DNA of 64,000 bases from Planctomycetota bacterium (GCA_965228735.1 OZ245838.1:1728001-1792000); one strand, 5' to 3'; counted from the stretch's first letter, positions 47,034-57,202 are shown. Notes: a model not told the origin generated them from the sequence alone. Numbers and translations are program-made.

Positions 47034-49226
47034 ATGGCAGCCCCCCGCTCTCCCCGATCCATCCTGTGCGCCGCCGCCGCAGCGCTCTCCCTCTCCGCCA
47101 CCACCCCGCTCTTCGCTCAAGGGGAAACAACCCCGCCGCCGACCGGCCCGGAGCCTGAAGGATCGACCGAAGCGACGGAGCAGAATCCCCGCACCCGCCC
47201 CGTCGTCGTCACGGCGACACGCTCGGCAGAAGACCCGTTCCGCGTGCCGTTCTCGACGGCCACGATCACGCGCGAGCAGTTCCGTCGCCGCTCCTACCGC
47301 ACGACCCCGCAGGCGCTGCGCGACACGCCCGGGGTGATGGTCCAGGAGACCGCGCACGGCCACGGCTCGCCCTACATCCGCGGCGTCACGAGCTTCCGCA
47401 ACCTGTTCCTCATCGACGGGATCCGACTCAACAACTCGGTGTTCCGCCCCGGTCCGAACCAGTACTGGAACACGGTCGATCCCTACTCGCTCGATCGCCT
47501 CGAACTCGTCAAGGGCCCGAGCTCCGTGCTCTACGGCTCGGACGCCGTCGGCGGCACGGTCAACGCGATCACCAAGGACCCGTACACCTACGGCAGCGGC
47601 ACTGATGGCGTGACGTACGGCGGCAACAGCTACGTGCGCTACGCGACCGCCGAGAACTCGCTGCACGGCCGCGGCGAGATCAGCGTCGGCTACACGCACG
47701 AGGACGGCAGCCGCACCGGTGTCCTGTTCGGTGGCACCGCGAAGAACTTCGGCGACCTCGAAGGCGGCAAGGCCGTCGGCACGCAGCCCGCGACGGGCTA
47801 CGAGGAGTATGCGTTCGATCTCAAGGTCGAGCACTGGTTCGACGAGAACACGCGCCTCGTCTTCCTGCACCAGAACCTCGCCCAGGACGACGTGCCGCGC
47901 ACCCACCGCACCGTGAACGGCATCACGTGGCGCGGCCTGACGAGCGACAGCGACCTGCAGCGCAACTTCGACCAGGACCGCCACCTCAGCTACGTGCAGT
48001 TCCACAAGGAACGCATGGGCGGGATCATCGACGAGGTCCACGCGAGCGTGTCGTTCCACCGGCAGGAAGAGGTGCGCAACCGCGTGCGGGGCAGCGGCGC
48101 GGCCGAGGCCCAGGGTTTCGACGTCGACACCTACGGCGCGTTCGTCCAGCTCGCCAGCGATTCGCCGATCGGCCGGCTGACCTACGGCATCGAGCTCTAC
48201 CACGACGAGGTCGACACGTTCTTCCGGGACGGCACGCCGACGGCCGCGGAGATGATCCAGGGCCCGGTCGGCGATGACGCGACCTACGACCTGCTCGGCG
48301 TCTACGTGCAGGACGAGATCCAGGTCTCCGACTGCTTCAGCCTGAACCTCGGCGTGCGCTTCAACTACGTGGCCGCCGACGCCGACAGCGTGCGCGACCC
48401 CGTGACGTCGACGCAGATCGCGCTCGACGACGACTGGAACGCGTTCGTCGGCAGCGCCCGCTTCCTCTACGAGGCCGTCGAGGACACCGTGAACGTGTTC
48501 GGCGGCGTCTCGCAGGGCTTCCGCGCCCCCAACCTGTCGGACCTCAGCCGGTTCGACAGCGCGCGCTCCGGCGAGCAGGAGATCCCGGCCCCTGGCCTCG
48601 ATCCGGAGAACTACATCCAGTACGAGATCGGCACGAAGGTGGAGAGCGAGAACCTGTCGCTGCAGGCGGCCTACTTCTACACGGACATCGAGGACCAGAT
48701 CCTGCGATTCCCGACGGGCAACCTCAACGGCGGCAACGTCGAGGTCACGAAGGACAACGTCGGCGAGGGGCACATCCAGGGCGTCGAGTTCGGCGCCGCG
48801 TGGCGCGTCTACGACTGCACGACGCTGTTCGGCAACACGACGTGGCTCGACGGCGAGATCAGCAACTTCGACAACACGGGTTCGACGTTCGCGGAAACCT
48901 ATCCGACGCGCCTGATGCCGATCACGACGCAGATCGGCCTGCGCTGGGAAGAGGCCGCAGGCAACTGCTGGGCCGAGACCGTCGTCGTGCGCGCCGAAGA
49001 CGCGGACAAGCTGTCGTTCGGCGACCTGCGTGACACCAGCCGCATCCCGCCCGGCGGGACGCCGAGCTACACCGTGTGGCACATCCGTTCGGGCTGGCAG
49101 GTCTCGGACCAGACGTCGGTCGAGTTCCTGCTCGAGAACATCACCGACGAGGACTACCGCGTGCACGGCTCGGGCCTCAACCGGCCGGGCCGCAACTTCA
49201 TCTTCGGAGTCGCGACCACCTTCTAG
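47034..49226 (+). CDS. TonB-dependent receptor
   Basis: VVVTATR, IDGIRLN, LELVKGPSSVLYGSDAVGG, QGFRAP, ENITD, terminal F. Confidence 0.95.
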   Translation: MAAPRSPRSILCAAAAALSLSATTPLFAQGETTPPPTGPEPEGSTEATEQNPRTRPVVVTATRSAEDPFRVPFSTATITREQFRRRSYRTTPQALRDTPGVMVQETAHGHGSPYIRGVTSFRNLFLIDGIRLNNSVFRPGPNQYWNTVDPYSLDRLELVKGPSSVLYGSDAVGGTVNAITKDPYTYGSGTDGVTYGGNSYVRYATAENSLHGRGEISVGYTHEDGSRTGVLFGGTAKNFGDLEGGKAVGTQPATGYEEYAFDLKVEHWFDENTRLVFLHQNLAQDDVPRTHRTVNGITWRGLTSDSDLQRNFDQDRHLSYVQFHKERMGGIIDEVHASVSFHRQEEVRNRVRGSGAAEAQGFDVDTYGAFVQLASDSPIGRLTYGIELYHDEVDTFFRDGTPTAAEMIQGPVGDDATYDLLGVYVQDEIQVSDCFSLNLGVRFNYVAADADSVRDPVTSTQIALDDDWNAFVGSARFLYEAVEDTVNVFGGVSQGFRAPNLSDLSRFDSARSGEQEIPAPGLDPENYIQYEIGTKVESENLSLQAAYFYTDIEDQILRFPTGNLNGGNVEVTKDNVGEGHIQGVEFGAAWRVYDCTTLFGNTTWLDGEISNFDNTGSTFAETYPTRLMPITTQIGLRWEEAAGNCWAETVVVRAEDADKLSFGDLRDTSRIPPGGTPSYTVWHIRSGWQVSDQTSVEFLLENITDEDYRVHGSGLNRPGRNFIFGVATTF

Positions 49227-49355
49227 AACTTCTCGATCACGACACACGCGCGAAGGGGCAACCGAGCGCGACGGCAGGTTCAGGGACGTGTCTGCCGGTG
49301 CCGGGGTCGATGCGCCCCGCTGCGGATGGATCACCGCGGCGGGGCGCTGCTTTGT

Positions 49356-50336
49356 TCACAGCGCGGCGAGCGCCTGGCGTGTCATGGCGCGGGTGTAGCG
49401 GTGGATCTTCCAGTGATCCGGGGCCCAGCCGACGAGGAAGCGGTGGAAGTCGGCCCACGCCGCCGGATAGAGGGCGCGCCACTCGCGCTCGACGGCCACA
49501 CCGTCGACCGCCGGATCCAGCCGTTCTCGCAGATGGCCGAAGTAGTCGTCGAGCAGCGCCGGCGCGCGCACCTCGCACTGGGCGTCGTCGAGGCAGCTGC
49601 TGAGGAAGTAGGCGACGTCCTTGATGCCGGGACCACCGCCCACGTACTGGAAGTCGACGGCCGCGACCGGTTCGGTCCCGCCATCCGCGAAACAGAAGTT
49701 GGCCGCCTTGCAGTCGCCGTGCACGAGCGTCTGGAACCGGCACGACTCGAGCTTCTCGGCCAGCACTGGCGCTGCCGCGCGCAGCTCGTCGTCGCGCATC
49801 GCAGCGAGCTCGTCCTGCCGCGTCGCGAGGTGCCAGTAGGTGCCACACGGCCACAGCCCGCGCGGCTTCACACCGAGATTGCGCGCGTGGAAGGCCGCGA
49901 GCCAGCGCAGGCACGCTTCGATTCGCTCCGGCGGGAGCTCGATGCCACGGCCCCCGTAGCCCGCCGCGTCGAGATCTTCGAGCAGGAAACGCCAGCCGGT
50001 GCCGTGGCGTTCGGCCACGGCGCACGCCGCTGTGCGTGATCCCGGCTGCGGCTGCGGCACCCAGTCGCGATACCACGCGCACTCGACCTCGTAGGACCGC
50101 AGCTTGCGGCCGTGCGCCGTGGCGCCGCTCCAACCGCGCGGATGCGCGTTCTCCGGCGCGGGCTCGACCCACTTCACGATCACGCTCGCAGCAGGTCCGC
50201 CGTCGAGGTGAACGCGGACGATCTCGCCGTAGCCGCTCCAGAGCGACTGCACGGTCTCCGCGTCGACGGGGCGGCCGCCGGTGTGGCGCAGCAGCCACTC
50301 GGCGACGTCGGGGTCGGTCAGCAGCCGGTCACGCAC
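49356..50336 (-). CDS. Aminoglycoside/choline kinase-like phosphotransferase
   Basis: SLWSGYG, LLEDL, HGDCKAANF, VDFQYVG. Confidence 0.85.
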   Translation of the reverse strand: MRDRLLTDPDVAEWLLRHTGGRPVDAETVQSLWSGYGEIVRVHLDGGPAASVIVKWVEPAPENAHPRGWSGATAHGRKLRSYEVECAWYRDWVPQPQPGSRTAACAVAERHGTGWRFLLEDLDAAGYGGRGIELPPERIEACLRWLAAFHARNLGVKPRGLWPCGTYWHLATRQDELAAMRDDELRAAAPVLAEKLESCRFQTLVHGDCKAANFCFADGGTEPVAAVDFQYVGGGPGIKDVAYFLSSCLDDAQCEVRAPALLDDYFGHLRERLDPAVDGVAVEREWRALYPAAWADFHRFLVGWAPDHWKIHRYTRAMTRQALAAL

Positions 50337-50411
50337 GGAGCGGAGGCCACATCCGGTTGCTGGGCGATCGTCGCGCGGCCGCGATCGCGGCCGCGGCGAC
50401 GGAATGCGAAC

Positions 50412-50948
50412 TCAGCCCTTCTTGTCGGCCTTCTTGGCCGTGACCGGCACGACGACCTGCTTGTCGCCGAACACGATCGCGAGCGAGCACGCGTCGTTCT
50501 CGGCCGACGGCTCGAGCGACATCTTGAGGCACTTCGACTTCTTCGGCGCGTCGGTCATCACCATGCGCCAGCGCACGGGCTCGCCTTCCTCGGGCGCGAG
50601 GTTGAGGATCCAGCCGGCCTGCTCGTGAACGGTGAAGTACATCTTGTACTTGCCGGCCGGGACCATCTTGCCCGCAGTCTCGAGATCGCAGGAGGTCTCG
50701 ACCATGCCGATCGGACGCTTCGCGGCGAACTCGTTGAAGCGCTCGTGACGGTCGGCGTTGTCCTTGATGCCCTGCCACGCGCCGTCGCCGAAGCGGATCG
50801 ACGTGTACTGCAGCTTCAGCTTGTTGTCGCCCATCTCGATCGCGTTGGTGATCTTCGGGGCGCCGCGGTTGATGCTGCCGCTGATCTGGGCCTGCAGCCC
50901 GACGGACAGGGTCGCCGCGCAGGCGAGGGAGAGAACGAACTTCATCAT
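50412..50948 (-). CDS. Secreted DUF2911-like protein
   Basis: Signal peptide ending AQ; GKMVPAGKYKMY..W. Confidence 0.65.
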   Translation of the reverse strand: MMKFVLSLACAATLSVGLQAQISGSINRGAPKITNAIEMGDNKLKLQYTSIRFGDGAWQGIKDNADRHERFNEFAAKRPIGMVETSCDLETAGKMVPAGKYKMYFTVHEQAGWILNLAPEEGEPVRWRMVMTDAPKKSKCLKMSLEPSAENDACSLAIVFGDKQVVVPVTAKKADKKG

Positions 50949-51190
50949 GGTCATCCTTGAGGGTTGGCGAGGCGAGAGCGTCGCCGTCTTGGGTTTTGGG
51001 CCCTTCGTCGTAACACGGCGGGACGCCAGCGGGAGCAAGATTGGTCGCATTTTCGTGCCGATCCCGCCGCTGGCATCGGAGCCAGGAAGAACGCCCCGCG
51101 CCCACCCATCGGGCGCCGGCCCGTCGCCCGAACCGAGGCCCGGCCGGTCGCCGCTGCTCCTTGCCGGACGGTCACCGACTCGACGCCGGG

Positions 51191-52219
51191 CTACCAGATC
51201 GCGGTGATCCCGGCATTGCTGAACGCCGCCTGCACGCTCGACGCGGCCTGCGGGTCGAGCACGGCGAACTGGCTGTAGACGCACAGACCGCGGACCGCCG
51301 ACGAGCCGGGGATCGCGAGCCCGACCGCCGCGCTGCCGACGTTGTCGACCGTGACACCGGCGAACGCATCCGACGCAACGCGCAGCTCGCAGCCGCCGCC
51401 GAACGCGATCGGCAGCGGCGCGCCAGCCCAGTCGTTGCGGGAGAACCCGAGCGCGAACCCACCGAACGCCCCCGGCAGGGCATCGGTCGCGAGCAGCAGA
51501 TACTGCGCATTGCCTACAGCCGGCGCGCCGAGCCCCGTGTGCACCGGCGTCCGACCGGCGGTGCCCGCACAACCCGCACCGTAGGTCACGAGCTCGTGCG
51601 GCCCGAACACGAGGCGCACGGACACGCCGCCCGAGTTGAACGAGGTCGCCGGCTGGCCCGGCGTGTAGACGAAGTTGTACGCGCGTTCGACGCCGCCGAC
51701 CGTGGTGCCGAGCAGCACGCCGGGCAGTTCGAGGCGGCTCGTGACATCCACGACGACGCTCTCGCCCGGCGTGTAGAAGAACGGGTGATCGAGTTCGAAC
51801 TCGACCCACCGGTTCAGCGGGTTGCCAGCGGTGCCGCCGCCCGCGATCGTCGTGCCCGACAGATCGTTCTGCACGCGCTGGTCCGGGAGGTTGACCGCCC
51901 AATCGGGTCCGAGGCTCGGGACCGCGGTCACGCCGGCGCGCAGGACGAACGTGTCGTAGGGCGCGACGCCGCCGAGGGAGAACCCGACGCGCGTGACCAG
52001 ACCGGCCGCGACGTTCTGCTGCTGCAGGAACGCGGCCGGCACGCGCAACTGCAGACGGACGGCGTCCCCCGTCGAACCGGAACCCGTCGTGTAGAACGGG
52101 AACGAGAACGCCGGCGGGTGCGCGTGGCTGGAGTCGGGGAAGTCGACGGCCTGAGCCGCGACGGAGGCTGCGAGCAGGCTCGCGAGGAACGAACAACGGA
52201 GTGGACTGACGTGAGTCAT
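51191..52219 (-). CDS. Secreted protein with the shared C-terminal domain
   Basis: Signal peptide ending AQ; YGAGCAG linker; VYSQFAVLD..FSNA. Confidence 0.72.
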   Translation of the reverse strand: MTHVSPLRCSFLASLLAASVAAQAVDFPDSSHAHPPAFSFPFYTTGSGSTGDAVRLQLRVPAAFLQQQNVAAGLVTRVGFSLGGVAPYDTFVLRAGVTAVPSLGPDWAVNLPDQRVQNDLSGTTIAGGGTAGNPLNRWVEFELDHPFFYTPGESVVVDVTSRLELPGVLLGTTVGGVERAYNFVYTPGQPATSFNSGGVSVRLVFGPHELVTYGAGCAGTAGRTPVHTGLGAPAVGNAQYLLLATDALPGAFGGFALGFSRNDWAGAPLPIAFGGGCELRVASDAFAGVTVDNVGSAAVGLAIPGSSAVRGLCVYSQFAVLDPQAASSVQAAFSNAGITAIW

Positions 52220-52280
52220 GCGCACTCCTGTAGCTCGGCCCCGATGCGCGCATGTCACCACGCCGTCATTCTGGAATCTT

Positions 52281-52300
52281 TATTGCGACTGCGTCTCAGT
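52281..52300. promoter_or_regulatory. Fur-like palindromic operator (copy 2) between divergent genes
   Basis: TATTGCGACTGCGTCTCAGT; 17/18 identical to the core of the 42534 copy. Confidence 0.55.
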
Positions 52301-52318
52301 CTCGATACCACAACGGAC

Positions 52319-54403
52319 ATGACGCTCGCTTCCTCCCCCGACCACGCCACCCCGATACTCGCAGCCGGACTGGCCCTCACAGCCGGACTGGCCCTCACAG
52401 CGCTCGCCCCGGCGCAAGCTGCCGCAACCGAAGCGGCCGCGACCAGGATCACGTCCGACGAGCACCGCTCCGCTGCGACGATCGTGCGCCCGCCCGTGAT
52501 GCCGAACGCGATCACGAGCTTCGGCGCGGCCAGGGTCGGCGGCTGGCTCTACGTCTACGGCGGCCATGTCGGCCGCGCCCACGCGCATTCGCGTGACAAC
52601 GTGCTCGGCACGTTCCAGCGCCTCAACCTCGCGGACGGATCGTCGTGGCAGGCGTTGCCCCCGGGGCCGGCGCTGCAGGGCACGGCGCTCGCTGCAGCGC
52701 CGGACGGCCGCCTCTACCGCGTCGGCGGCACCGATGCGCGCAACGAACGCGGCGCGGACGCGGACATGCACTCGACGGCGTCGGTCGCGCGCTTCGACCC
52801 GGTGACGGGCCGCTGGGAGGCCGTCACGCCGCTGCCCGAGCCGCGCTCGTCGCACGACGCGATCGTCCACGACAACAAGCTCTACGTCGTCGGCGGCTGG
52901 CACCTCGCTGGCGCGGGCGACGGCGATTGGCACGACACGGCGTGGGTCGCCGACCTCGCGGGCGAACCCCTCGTGTGGCAGCCCCTGCCGTCACCCGGCA
53001 AGCACCGCCGCGCCTGCGCCGTCGCCGCGTTCGGCGGTCGCATCGCCGTTCTCGGCGGCATCGATCCGGACCGGACGATCGCGACGGTGCAGGTCTTCGA
53101 CCCCGCGACGGACACGTGGAGCGACGGCCCCGAGCTGCCGGGCTTCGCGTTCGGCACGGCCGCACTGGGGGTCGGTGACACGCTCTACGCCACCGTGCTC
53201 GACGGTCGCGTCCTCGCGTGGGACGGCCAGGCCGAATCGTCATGGCGCGCGATCGCGCAGCTCGAGATGCCGCGATTCTTCCACCGCATGGTGCCGCTCG
53301 ACGGGCGGCGCATGCTGGCGTTCGGCGGCGCGGGCCGCGGCGGGCACATGCGGACGATGGAGACCGTCCGCCTCGACCGCACCAGTTCGGGTGCCGAGCA
53401 GCTGCCGCGGCAGAGCCCGGAGATCAGGGAGTGGGTCATCCCCGCCCCCGGCGAGGTCGCCTACCGCCAGGCCCTGTTGCTCAGCGACAACGTGATCTAC
53501 GCCTTCGGCGGCAACCGCGGCCGGCCCGGTGAACGCTTCGCGGCCACCCAGTTCGCGGACGATGTCTGGCGCGTCGAACTCACGACGATGTCGGCGAAGC
53601 TCGCGGGTCGCCTCCCCGCGGGCCGGCAATCGGCCGCCGTTGCCAACTGGGGTGGCCGACGCGAGAACGTGATCCTCGGCGGACTCGGCGTCGCGAACGC
53701 GGAAGGCGCGGTGCAGAGCCTCGCGAGCGGGTTCCGTTGGGATGCGCGCCGCAACCGGCTGCTGCCGTTCGAGGCGACGCTGCCCGCGCCGCGCACGCAG
53801 TTCCGGGTCGTGGCGCACGACGGCAGTCTGTTCGTCCTCGGCGGCGTCGATTTCCGTCCGGACCCGACCGGCGGCTCGACCGGCGACGACACGAGATCGG
53901 TTCTCACGTGTGACCCCGACAGCGAAGAACCGACGTTCGCCGCCAGCGGCATCGAGCTGCCCCGCGCTCGCCGCTCGTTCGGCGCGGCGATCCTCGGCAA
54001 CGAGTTGATCCTCGTCGGCGGGCTCGGCAAGGGCTTCGAGCATGCGGGCCCGTGCGACGTGCTCGACTTCGAGACCCGAGCGTGGCGCGAACTCGAGGCG
54101 CCGGAGCCGTGGGTGTCGCCGCAGGTGGCGACGATCGGCGATCGGCTCTACGTCGCGTGCGGCGGGACCATGCGCGGCATGAGGTTCACGAGCGACCGCT
54201 CGGTGTGGAGCTACGACCGCACGAACGGTTGGCAACGCATCGTCAGCGAGCTGCCGTTCGCCGTGCGCCACGTGCAGATGCTCGGCAGCCGCAACCAGCT
54301 GCTCTTCTACTCCGCGAACGAGCCGACCCGCGACCGCATCGTCATCCGGACGCTGGTGCCCGATCCCGATGTGCGGGTCCTCGAGGCCGGCTTCCACCGG
54401 TAG
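52319..54403 (+). CDS. Secreted Kelch-repeat protein (two propellers)
   Basis: Repeated YVYGG / YRVGG / YVVGG / FVLGG with W..LP.PR motifs; GRAHAHS. Confidence 0.88.
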   Translation: MTLASSPDHATPILAAGLALTAGLALTALAPAQAAATEAAATRITSDEHRSAATIVRPPVMPNAITSFGAARVGGWLYVYGGHVGRAHAHSRDNVLGTFQRLNLADGSSWQALPPGPALQGTALAAAPDGRLYRVGGTDARNERGADADMHSTASVARFDPVTGRWEAVTPLPEPRSSHDAIVHDNKLYVVGGWHLAGAGDGDWHDTAWVADLAGEPLVWQPLPSPGKHRRACAVAAFGGRIAVLGGIDPDRTIATVQVFDPATDTWSDGPELPGFAFGTAALGVGDTLYATVLDGRVLAWDGQAESSWRAIAQLEMPRFFHRMVPLDGRRMLAFGGAGRGGHMRTMETVRLDRTSSGAEQLPRQSPEIREWVIPAPGEVAYRQALLLSDNVIYAFGGNRGRPGERFAATQFADDVWRVELTTMSAKLAGRLPAGRQSAAVANWGGRRENVILGGLGVANAEGAVQSLASGFRWDARRNRLLPFEATLPAPRTQFRVVAHDGSLFVLGGVDFRPDPTGGSTGDDTRSVLTCDPDSEEPTFAASGIELPRARRSFGAAILGNELILVGGLGKGFEHAGPCDVLDFETRAWRELEAPEPWVSPQVATIGDRLYVACGGTMRGMRFTSDRSVWSYDRTNGWQRIVSELPFAVRHVQMLGSRNQLLFYSANEPTRDRIVIRTLVPDPDVRVLEAGFHR
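52362..52401 (+). repeat. 18-bp perfect tandem duplication in the signal-peptide coding region
   Basis: CAGCCGGACTGGCCCTCA x2 (AGLALT AGLALT). Confidence 0.85.
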
Positions 54404-54457
54404 CCGGGCCGTGCCGTTTCGGCTTCCGCCCCCGGCCGGCGACCGACGAAGCGGCCC

Positions 54458-54874
54458 CTACTCCGCCGCTCGATCCGCCACGAGGAACCGCAGCACGGCG
54501 GGGACCATCGGCCGCCAGTCCGTCCAGCGGTGGCTGCCGTCGTGCCAGTTCTCCCAGAACCCGCGCTCGCCGTCGGGCACGCAGATCACGCAGCGCGGCG
54601 CGCGGCCCGCCGTGATCTCCGCATCGAGGAACGGACCGAACCCCGCGCGATCGAAGCAGTCCTCGTCGTCGCCACCGCCGTGCAGGAACAGTACGAGCGG
54701 GAGCTGTTCGTCGGGCCGCCAACCCGGCGGCGTGTAGACGGCGTAGGTCATCTCGCGCGCCATCGCCGCGCTCGGGAGCGAACCGTAGGTGAGATGACGT
54801 TCGAAACTGGCGCAGGCCGCGAGCGGCAGGAGCGCTGCGGCGGCGAGAACGCACGATGGCCGGAGAACACGCAC
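54458..54874 (-). pseudogene. Internally deleted alpha/beta-hydrolase (putative esterase family) lipoprotein
   Basis: YAVYTPPG..LPLVLFLHG..ICVPDG runs straight into a C-terminal H.W..W..MVP.VL.FL segment; no GxSxG; 138 aa. Confidence 0.6.
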
Positions 54875-55042
54875 TGCCGGGCGACGTTAACTGCGCACCC
54901 GACGTTGCAGAAGCGGCCGACGACACCGAGCACGCGCAGGTCGAAGCGCTGGGGCGCGAAGGCGACGAACCCCGAGTACCACCGGGTCCGGGCGCGGTAA
55001 CGGAACTGCGTTGCGCCCGCGTTTTCGCTACGCTCCGCGACG

Positions 55043-56182
55043 ATGAAACCGTCGCTGCTCGTCCTCTCCCTCGCCGCGGTCACCCTCGCCGCCTGCTCCA
55101 CGATGACCGACTCCAGCCCCGCTTCGGCGAACCACGAACCCGTCTCGATCCGCCCCTTCGGCGTCGCCCGGAGCGGGCAGCCCGCCACGCTGTGGACGCT
55201 GCGCACCAAGGGCCTCGAGATCGACGTCACCGACCACGGCGCGACGCTCGTCGCGGTGCGCGCGCCGGACGCCGCGGGCACCCTCGGCGACGTGATCCTC
55301 GGCTTCGACGACGTGGCGGGCTACGAGTCCGAGGACAACCAGTACTTCGGCTGCACGACCGGGCGCGTCTGCAACCGGATCTGCAAGGGCAGGTTCTCGC
55401 TCGACGGCAACGACTACACGCTCGCCGTCAACAACGGTCCCAACCATCTGCACGGCGGCGTGCGCCGCAGCTTCGACAAGGTGCACTGGGAGTCCGAGAT
55501 CCTCGCGCGTGGCGATGCGCCCGCGATCCGATTCACGTATCGCAGCCCCGAGGGTGAAGAGGGTTACCCCGGCACCGTCGACGCCGTCGCGATCTACCGC
55601 CTCGACGCCGAGGGCCTGCATATCACCTACGAGGCGATGACCGACGCGCGCACGCCGATCAACATCACCAACCACGCGTACTGGAACCTCGCCGGCGCCG
55701 GTTCGGACACGGTGCTCGATCACACGCTGCGGCTGAACTGCGAGTCCTACACGCCGACCGACGACACGCTGATCCCGACCGGTGAGCTCGCGCCGGCGCG
55801 CGGCCCGCTCGACTTTCGCGAACCCAGGCGCATCGGCGACGCGATCCACCAGCTCGACGACACGCCCGCCGCGGGCTACGACCACAATTACGTGATCACC
55901 GAGTCGCCGAACGAGATGCGTCACGCGGCGACGCTGCGGGCGCCGAGCACGGGGCGGGCGATCGAGATCTGGACGGATCAGCCCGGGATCCAGTTCTACT
56001 CCGGCAACTACCTCGCCGGGCAGCGCGGCAAGGGCGGCATGAGCTACGCGCACCGCAGCGCGTGCTGCCTCGAGACGCAGTTCTTCCCCGACAGCGTCAA
56101 CCACCCGAACTTTCCCGACACGATCGTCGAGCCCGGCGCCACCTACCGCTCCCGCACGACGATCAAGTTCGCGTATCGTTAG
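55043..56182 (+). CDS. galM: Aldose 1-epimerase (lipoprotein)
   Basis: GRVCNRI, NHLHGG, EGYPG, TNHAYWNL, YDHNY, QFYSGN, CLETQ. Confidence 0.93.
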   Translation: MKPSLLVLSLAAVTLAACSTMTDSSPASANHEPVSIRPFGVARSGQPATLWTLRTKGLEIDVTDHGATLVAVRAPDAAGTLGDVILGFDDVAGYESEDNQYFGCTTGRVCNRICKGRFSLDGNDYTLAVNNGPNHLHGGVRRSFDKVHWESEILARGDAPAIRFTYRSPEGEEGYPGTVDAVAIYRLDAEGLHITYEAMTDARTPINITNHAYWNLAGAGSDTVLDHTLRLNCESYTPTDDTLIPTGELAPARGPLDFREPRRIGDAIHQLDDTPAAGYDHNYVITESPNEMRHAATLRAPSTGRAIEIWTDQPGIQFYSGNYLAGQRGKGGMSYAHRSACCLETQFFPDSVNHPNFPDTIVEPGATYRSRTTIKFAYR

Positions 56183-56196
56183 GCCCGGACCGAATC

Positions 56197-57180
56197 ATGC
56201 TTCGCCGCTGCCCCATCGCACGAACCGTCGCCGCCACGCTCACAGCGCTGCTCACCGGCGGTGACGCGGTCGCGCAGACGCCGTCGTTCGACGTGCTGCG
56301 CACACCGCCGCGCGGGCTCCCGCCGATGCCCGCCCCGGTCGGCTACGAACCGACCCGGGCGATGTTCGATCTCGGGCAGCTGCTCTTTCACGACGCGGTG
56401 CTCAGCAGCGACCGCACGGTCTCGTGCGCGTCGTGCCACCCGGCGGCGGGCTTCGCCCACGCCGATCCGCGGCCAGCCGGCGTCGGTGGCCGGCGCGCGA
56501 AGCGCCACGCCCCGACGCTGTTCAACCGCGGCTACGGCACGCTGCAGCGTTGGGACGGTCGCAGCCCGACCCTGGAAGCCTTCGTGCTCGAGCCGATCGA
56601 GGATCCGGACGAGATGGCGCTGCCGCTCGACGACGCGCTCGGGCGACTGGCCGGGGATGCGACCTACAGCGATGCGTTCCAGGCCGCGTTCGGCGGTCCA
56701 CCCGATCGCGTCGGCCTGCAGCGCGCGCTCGCAACGTTCGTGCGCGGCATCACCCGCGGCGATGCGCCCTACGACCGCTTCATCTCGGGCGACCGCGCCG
56801 CGATGACGGCGGCCGAACGCACGGGGTTCTGGCTGTTCGAGAGCAAGGCCAAGTGCTGGCAATGCCACACCCCCGGCCTGTTCACCGACGAGGCGTTCCA
56901 CAACACGGGCGTCGGATACACGCCGACGGCAGCGCCCGCCGGCCGCGCCGCGGTGACGGGCGACGCGACGGACACCGGCGCGTTCAAGACGCCGACGCTC
57001 CGCGGCGTCCGCCTCACCGCGCCCTACATGCACGACGGCTCCGTGCGGACCCTCGAGGAGGTCGTCGATTTCTACGCGCGCGGCGGCAACGCGAACCCAC
57101 ATCTCGACGCGCGCATGCGACCGCTCGAACTCAACGCCGCGGAACGCACGGCGCTCGTCGCGTTCCTCCGCTCCCTCTGA
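56197..57180 (+). CDS. Di-heme cytochrome c peroxidase/MauG family protein
   Basis: CASCH and CWQCH; WDGR, FKTPTLR, PYMHDG. Confidence 0.9.
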   Translation: MLRRCPIARTVAATLTALLTGGDAVAQTPSFDVLRTPPRGLPPMPAPVGYEPTRAMFDLGQLLFHDAVLSSDRTVSCASCHPAAGFAHADPRPAGVGGRRAKRHAPTLFNRGYGTLQRWDGRSPTLEAFVLEPIEDPDEMALPLDDALGRLAGDATYSDAFQAAFGGPPDRVGLQRALATFVRGITRGDAPYDRFISGDRAAMTAAERTGFWLFESKAKCWQCHTPGLFTDEAFHNTGVGYTPTAAPAGRAAVTGDATDTGAFKTPTLRGVRLTAPYMHDGSVRTLEEVVDFYARGGNANPHLDARMRPLELNAAERTALVAFLRSL

Positions 57181-57202
57181 CGGCCGGCGAGCGGCCGGGC
57201 GC

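Noticed and set aside
46746..49334. Long antisense ORFs (also 3525..5837, 30812..32917, 32625..34679, 57452..59090 and others)
   Set aside because: Shadow frames of real genes caused by high GC3; Arg/Ala-rich with no recognisable motifs.
51044..51062. Sigma54 promoter on the minus strand (GGCACGAAAATGC)
   Set aside because: GG-to-GC spacing is one base shorter than the strict -24/-12 consensus.
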